A DNA stretch of 64,000 nucleotides from the human T2T-CHM13v2.0 reference genome, Homo sapiens: the NCBI RefSeq assembly GCF_009914755.1, contig NC_060925.1. One strand, written 5' to 3'. The position numbers were made by a program, and so were the translations under genes. How positions within the stretch are numbered: position 1 is the first letter of the stretch; every line of letters begins with the position of its first letter. The notes beneath the pieces were generated by a model, which saw only the letters and a program-made list of their open reading frames with translations, ran no database searches and was not told the origin of the DNA. Positions 56,888 through 64,000 of the stretch are shown here, piece after piece.

Positions 56888-58544
56888 GCTACAGTCCATT
56901 TACAGGTTAATCTTTAGGTGAACTCTGGAGCTGAGTTCAAAGTCTTCCTTGTAATCCTGGGAAAGAAGAAATGAGAGGCCAGACCTGGCAATTTCTGAGC
57001 CATGGTCAGAGAGCAAAATATGAGGATCATGTTGACTGTAGACCTAATGCATTTTTATTTTAAAATCCTTTTTCTTAACGAATCCAGACCATTGAAATCT
57101 ATCTGTAATGGGTTTGCAATTCTACTGGATTTCCTACCCTCACTCTTTTAAATATTGATTTGATATTGCCTTTAAAAGTTATATTTGGAGCTTGGAGGAT
57201 TTTAGACTTCTAATATAATATTCAGTAAAAATTGAAATATGGAGGAGATGTGATGAAATAGCTGGTGACAGCAACTTCCACAGTGTTCAGTTCATTTTAG
57301 AAACAATATGAATGATTATTAAATGAATATGTTGCTCTGTGTATATACATTTATATATAAAGTCCCATCAAAAGTGGGAAAATGACATTTATAATAGCAA
57401 TATTAAATGTAACTATTAAATATAAATATTGAGTCAAATTAACAACTAGTAGGGTTTTTATTTTTCTTTTGCAGTGATTTTTCTTTTGACATGAATGCCT
57501 GAATGGTTTCTGCCCTAAGCTGAATAAAGGGCAAGGCTTCCCCTCTGGCTGCCGGGCTGGGTGACCAGACCGCACACTTCAGTGCACCTGTGAAAAGCAG
57601 ATTATGAGCCGTGTTAGTCTTGCGGCGTCTGTTCTGGAGAAGGCTGTATTAGTCTTAAGGCCCCGAGAAGGCTGTGTTAATATTAAGGCACGTGTTCACT
57701 GTTGGGAGAGGAACAGCCTTTTGCTCAAAATGCTTGATTTATTGCAGGAACAAGCCAGCTTTCTGAGCAAGTCTGTCTGGCTTCTAGGGTGAGTTAGAAA
57801 AATAATCTAAATGGATCTATTACAAGCATAGAGACTGAGGCATGTCAAACAAGACAGTAGAAACCTAGCGCACCAGCCATATAGAAAGGAAGGGGCTATG
57901 GGCATTTGTTCTAAGTCTATAAAAAGGGTAATTACTTTGGAAAGTAGTTCATTTTCTGCCTCATAAAGGCAGCAGTAGATTAGTTATAAATAAGTAATGG
58001 CTCATAATTCATTAAAAGCAAGAGGAGGGAAAAAGTTTTAAGGAAGCATGAGTTTTAAGGATAACCTTTAAAATTCAAGACAATGCACTGGGACAGCAAA
58101 AGTCCCTCCCCAAACATGCATCAAAATAACCAAAAGGAGACATTGAGCTCCACATAACGGCAGTTTCTTCCAGCTCCCATCTGCAGTGGGCACATTCCTG
58201 GGTGTCGTCCTTCTTCCGTATGCACAGGCAGAACACCACACTTGGAATCAGAAGAATTAAATTCAAGTTGCTCCCTGTAATCTTAGACAAATCACTTAAT
58301 GTCCTTCAGCCTCAGTTCTTCAGTTGCAAATGAGATAACAGCACCTGACTGACAGAGGGGTTTAAAGCTGCTTGTTTTATTCACTCAACAAACACATGAT
58401 TTGTAATTGAAGTCCTATTTTGTTCCACGTCCTGGGGAAGGTGCTGAGGATGAATCCAGTGCCCCAGAATTCAAAGTACCTCCCTCCAGGGCTCACCCTA
58501 GACCAGCAGGGTCTGAATCTCTGGGTGTAGGGCCCAAGCATTGG

Positions 58545-58761
58545 TTTTTGGCTTTTTGTTTTTGAGACAGTCTTGCTTTGTTGCTCAGGCTGGAGTGGAG
58601 TGGTGTGTTTGTGGCTCACTTTAGTTTCAACCTCCTGGACTCAAGCAATCCTCCTTGCCTCAGCCTCTCAAGCAGCTGGGACCACAGGCATGCACCACCA
58701 TGCTCAGCTAATTTTTAAAATGTTTGTAGAGACAGGTCTCACCGTATTGCTCAGGCTGGCA
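58545..58761 (-). mobile_element. Truncated AluJ
   Basis: ggactcaagcaatcctcc J-type diagnostic. Confidence 0.8.
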
Positions 58762-59107
58762 CTAGTGTTTTTTACAAGATCCCCGAGTGAGCTCAGGGCT
58801 AAAGATTACAGGTGTAGGCAATAGTGGTAAGTATCCTAATGGAGGTAACATTAAATGGAAGTCAAGAGAGGCTTCAGTGAGCTAAGTCTTGAAGGAGGAG
58901 TGAGAGTTTGCCAGCAGAGGGAACCCAGTGAACAAAGGCAGGGTGCATTTGATCTGGTAGTTCAGAGTGGCTGAAGCCTGGGATGCATTTACTCAGGCTT
59001 GGGAGATGAGTTTGAGGTAGCAGTGAAGGCATAATGCTTGGGCAAAGGAGTGCTGGGCTCTCACAAACGCAATGGAAGTCCCTGCAGGTTTTAATATTGA
59101 TATACTA

Positions 59108-60643
<1,536 letters not shown>

Positions 60644-61199
60644 AGTTTACATTAAATATATATATATATATACATTTCATTTTCATATGCTAGGAAGATT
60701 GTTCTGACTCTAGAAAGGGAGTGCAAACTGAAGGCAGAGCACCCTGTTACAGTCTTCCAGGTGATATGGCATAGGAAACAGGTACACAGATGGGAGGAAT
60801 TATTATCCCCAGTTAGCACTGCTCATGCTCTTTCCTTGATGGGAGACACAAGGGGTGGAGAGGACTCCACACATTCTTCTTTTCAAAATCTGGAGCATCC
60901 CTAGGGAGCTGCCCCCGACCCCAAGGCAGGCTTCCTCCCAATGCAGCTTCTCTTCCAGACCTGTCCCTCTTCCTCCTTATTCCCAAGGAAATGATAATCT
61001 GTGCCTCTTGCTTTCAGAGCCCATTTGTGTGGAGTGGGTTTGGAGAGGTGGCCATGGCCAAAAGAAATGATCCTGATAGCAGAAATTTTGAGTACCTTTG
61101 TTCATACTTTTGTGAGATTGCAGTTTATTGTTTGTTTTGTTGTTTTATTTTGCCAAAGCATCCTGCTCCACCCAACACCAGAACGTGAATGACCCAACC

Positions 61200-61391
61200 A
61201 CTATTCCTGTGACTCTGGGGGTTTTGTTCCCTCGTATGCTCTAGCAGCAGTGTTCCCCAGTTTGAGGTTGAAGCAGGACCACAAGGATGGGGATGGACAT
61301 CACTGTGCCTCCTGGTGGCTGCACCCTTCCCAACCCTCGACACATATACAAACACTGGTCCAGCTCCCTGCAATGTCCTTGCTTTCTCCAC
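61200..61391 (-). pseudogene. Candidate EGF-like exon remnant
   Basis: Acceptor tttatctgcccag; phase-1 frame GGESKDIAGSWTSVCICVEGWEGCSHQ resembles GG-C-D-GS-CxC-GWEG-C; frameshifted HPC and SCFN follow; 3' boundary uncertain. Confidence 0.4.
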
Positions 61392-61580
61392 CTGGGCAGA
61401 TAAACTGACTCATTAGAGAAGAAGCTTAGGAGTTAAGGGCGCACATTTGAGCTCCAACTGCATGGATTCTATTTCTGGCTGGGTCACATATTAGCTGTGT
61501 TAACATTGGGCAAGTTTCTTAACTTCTCTGTGCCTCTGGTTTCTCACCTACAAATGTGATTTTTAAAAAACCCAATGATT

Positions 61581-61873
61581 GGCAGGGCACAGTGGCTCAC
61601 GCCCGTAATCCCAGCACTTTGGGTGGCCAAAATGGGTGGGTCACTTGAGGTCAGGAGTTTGAGACCAGCCTGGCCAACATGGCGAAACGCCGTCTCTACT
61701 AAAAATACAAAAATTAGCCAGGCGTGGTGGCAGGCACCTGTAGTCCCAGCTACTGGAGGCTGAGTGGGGGGAATCTCTTGAACCCAGGAGGTGGAGGTTG
61801 CAGTGAGCTGAGATCGCAAAACTGCACTCCAGCCTGGGTGACAGAGCAAGACTCCATCTCAAAAAAAAAAAAA
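61581..61873 (+). mobile_element. AluS inserted in a MIR
   Basis: Full Alu; MIR core at 61440-61560 and 61880-61970. Confidence 0.93.
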
Positions 61874-62085
61874 GATTTTTATCTCATGGCAGTGTGGTTA
61901 AGATAAAATGAGCTCCTAATCATAAAGCACTTAGGGTAATGCCCAATACAGAGCTGGCAATATGTGTTTGTTATTGTCACTTCCAATCCCAGCTCTAAAG
62001 CCCCTTCCTCTGTGAGGTTCATCAGTGTCCTGCAATGAATGGCCCCTCTGTTATCTCTTACCATTTGTATAGAAATTATCTGTCT

Positions 62086-62405
62086 ATAGTAGTTCCTCTA
62101 TCCACAGCTTTGCTTTCTGCAGTTTCAGTTACCCGCAGTCAACCACAGTATGAAAATACTAAGTGGAAAATTCCAGAAATGAACAATTCATAAATTTTAA
62201 ATTGCACATCATTCTGAGCAGTATGATGAAATCTCATGCTGTCCTGCTCTGTCCTGGGCATCTCACTCCGTCCTGCCTGAGACATGAATCATTCCTTTGT
62301 CCAGTGTATCCAGCTGTCTCTACTCTCCACCGTTAATCACTTAGTAGCTGTCTCAGTTATCCGATTGATTGTCACTGTCTTGGGGTATTTGTGGTCAAGT
62401 AACAT
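62086..62405 (+). mobile_element. MER44/Tigger7 fragment
   Basis: agtagttcctctatccacagctttgctttctgcagtttcagttacccgcagtcaacc. Confidence 0.8.
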
Positions 62406-63266
62406 TGTTAGCAATCAACAACAATCTTTCATTGTATTTTAAAGACTAGGATCTGATTCTTTCATATGTTGACAAAGGGCTTAGAAAGACAAAGACATTT
62501 CAATATTTCATTTTTTTTCCATTAAAACTTTGGCCTTACTTGTGGCATTTTCTTGCTGCAAATCCTATAAAATATTTAGTTTCCTAAGCACCTTGAAATT
62601 GAATCCTCATAAAGGAACTTCCGTCTGGAAATGTCAGGCATAATTTATTAACTCCTGTTTTTTGCATGTTGATTGTGATAGTACTGCAAATTCTGCAGCT
62701 CTGATTGGGAATGGACTGCAAATACAATATAGATATTGAAATAGACCAATTGCTTTCAAGGTAGAGGTAGAGGAAGTGGCTTGGAATCACTTTCAACTTT
62801 AGTGAATATGAGATCTGATGCACAGGATAATTTCAGCTCTCCAGGGCCTTAGCTGTTCCCTCTATCTGGTGTCCACCTGGCTAATGCCTTCACTCCTTGT
62901 AGGACTTTGCTCAAATCTAACATTATTTCACGTACAACCTATTTCATCCTCCTCAGGCACTCCTGACCTCCCCCACTTATGCTTTCTACTTTTGCTTTTT
63001 TCCAAACCATTTTAATACCTTCTATAGTCTACATAATTTATCTCCTTATGTTTATTATCTGTCTCACCCCAGTAGAATGTAAGCTCATGAGGGCAAGGAC
63101 TTTTTGTTTTGTTTCAGGATGTAGCCCAAGTGCCTAGAGCATTTCCTGGCATGCAGTAGGTGCCCAATAAATATTGGTTGTATCAAAAGAAAAACTTATA
63201 ACAAATTTAATTTAAAGATCAAATTGGCTTTTATTTACTATTTCAGAATCAGGCGACACTTCATTC

Positions 63267-63577
63267 TGAGACAGCCAAGTTAAAAGGGCTCCCCGGAGAA
63301 TCTCCGACCTGTTTGCACACTGGGAAGATGGGGTGGAGCCTCAGGAAGTTTGTGCAGTTTGCAGGGTGAGGAGCCTGGCCTCTGCTGTTTCTGGGTGGTA
63401 ACCAGGGATTCCATCTGTGAGGCGGGAAGCCTGCTAGCAGGATTCTCGCATTGCTGAGATTCCTTGTTTCCTTTTTTTCCTTTTCACCGAATAAACCCTG
63501 CCCTTCTCACCCTTCAAAGTGTCTGCAAGCCTAACCTTTCCTGGTCATGTGACAAGAACCCAGTTTTTCCTACAACA
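63267..63577 (+). mobile_element. MER61-like ERV1 solo LTR nested in a MER4-group LTR (about 63180-63870, minus)
   Basis: tgagacagccaag...ctccccggagaa ... ttcctacaaca; perfect TSD attc. Confidence 0.75.
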
Positions 63578-63872
63578 ATTCTATAAAATAGAATGAATTT
63601 CCAATGAGCTGAGCAGAGGATGTTGGCTTTAGAGAGAGACAAGGGCTGAAGAAAGCAGATTGGTCATTTGTAAGTTACTTTCCATTTAGAATTTAAACAG
63701 AGGGGACTTTATTATACTGACACATATTGACCGGAATATCCTGGTTTTCTTTGGGAAACTGGCCTGTTTCAAGGTTCAGTTTGATTAAATGACACAGCAC
63801 AAGTGACTCCATTCTGGTTTGGTTTGGTCTGCCGGTGCCTAGTGCAGGAGATAATCTAAAACAATGGCCTAT

Positions 63873-64000
63873 GGTATTAGTTTGTTCTCGCACTACTATA
63901 AAGACATACCTGAGACTGGGTAATTTATGGAGAAAAGAAATTTAATTGACTTACAGTTCTGCAGGCTGTGCAGGAGGCATAGCTGGGGAGGCCTCGGGAA
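63873..64000 (-). mobile_element. MST/THE1 LTR, cut by window end
   Basis: gtattagtttgttctcgcactactataaagacatacctgagactgggtaattt. Confidence 0.85.

Overview
Primate, human-like genomic DNA: dense Alu (J/S/Y), L1PB/L1M, L2/MIR/L3, MaLR/ERVL/ERV1/ERVK LTRs and Tigger-type DNA transposons. No intact protein-coding gene is visible. The dominant element is a 6.15-kb two-LTR HERV-H provirus on the minus strand (about 22619-28772) of the common deleted, non-autonomous type, with a tRNA-His PBS, major splice donor and a 286-codon RNaseH-integrase ORF. A MER41B solo LTR with both STAT1 GAS motifs intact lies 3.2 kb upstream of its 5' LTR. The non-repeat islands from about 41.8 kb to 62.8 kb appear to hold exon remnants of a decayed minus-strand multi-exon gene (EGF-like and Cys-rich pieces, a hydrophobic segment, a phase-compatible terminal exon), a candidate unitary pseudogene I cannot name. 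Also seen: two ~100-bp short-range templated copies whose donors later took Alu insertions, and a 92-bp perfect purine/pyrimidine repeat with 9 CpGs and five TACGTG cores. Repeat subfamily names are from recalled consensus sequences, not a database run.
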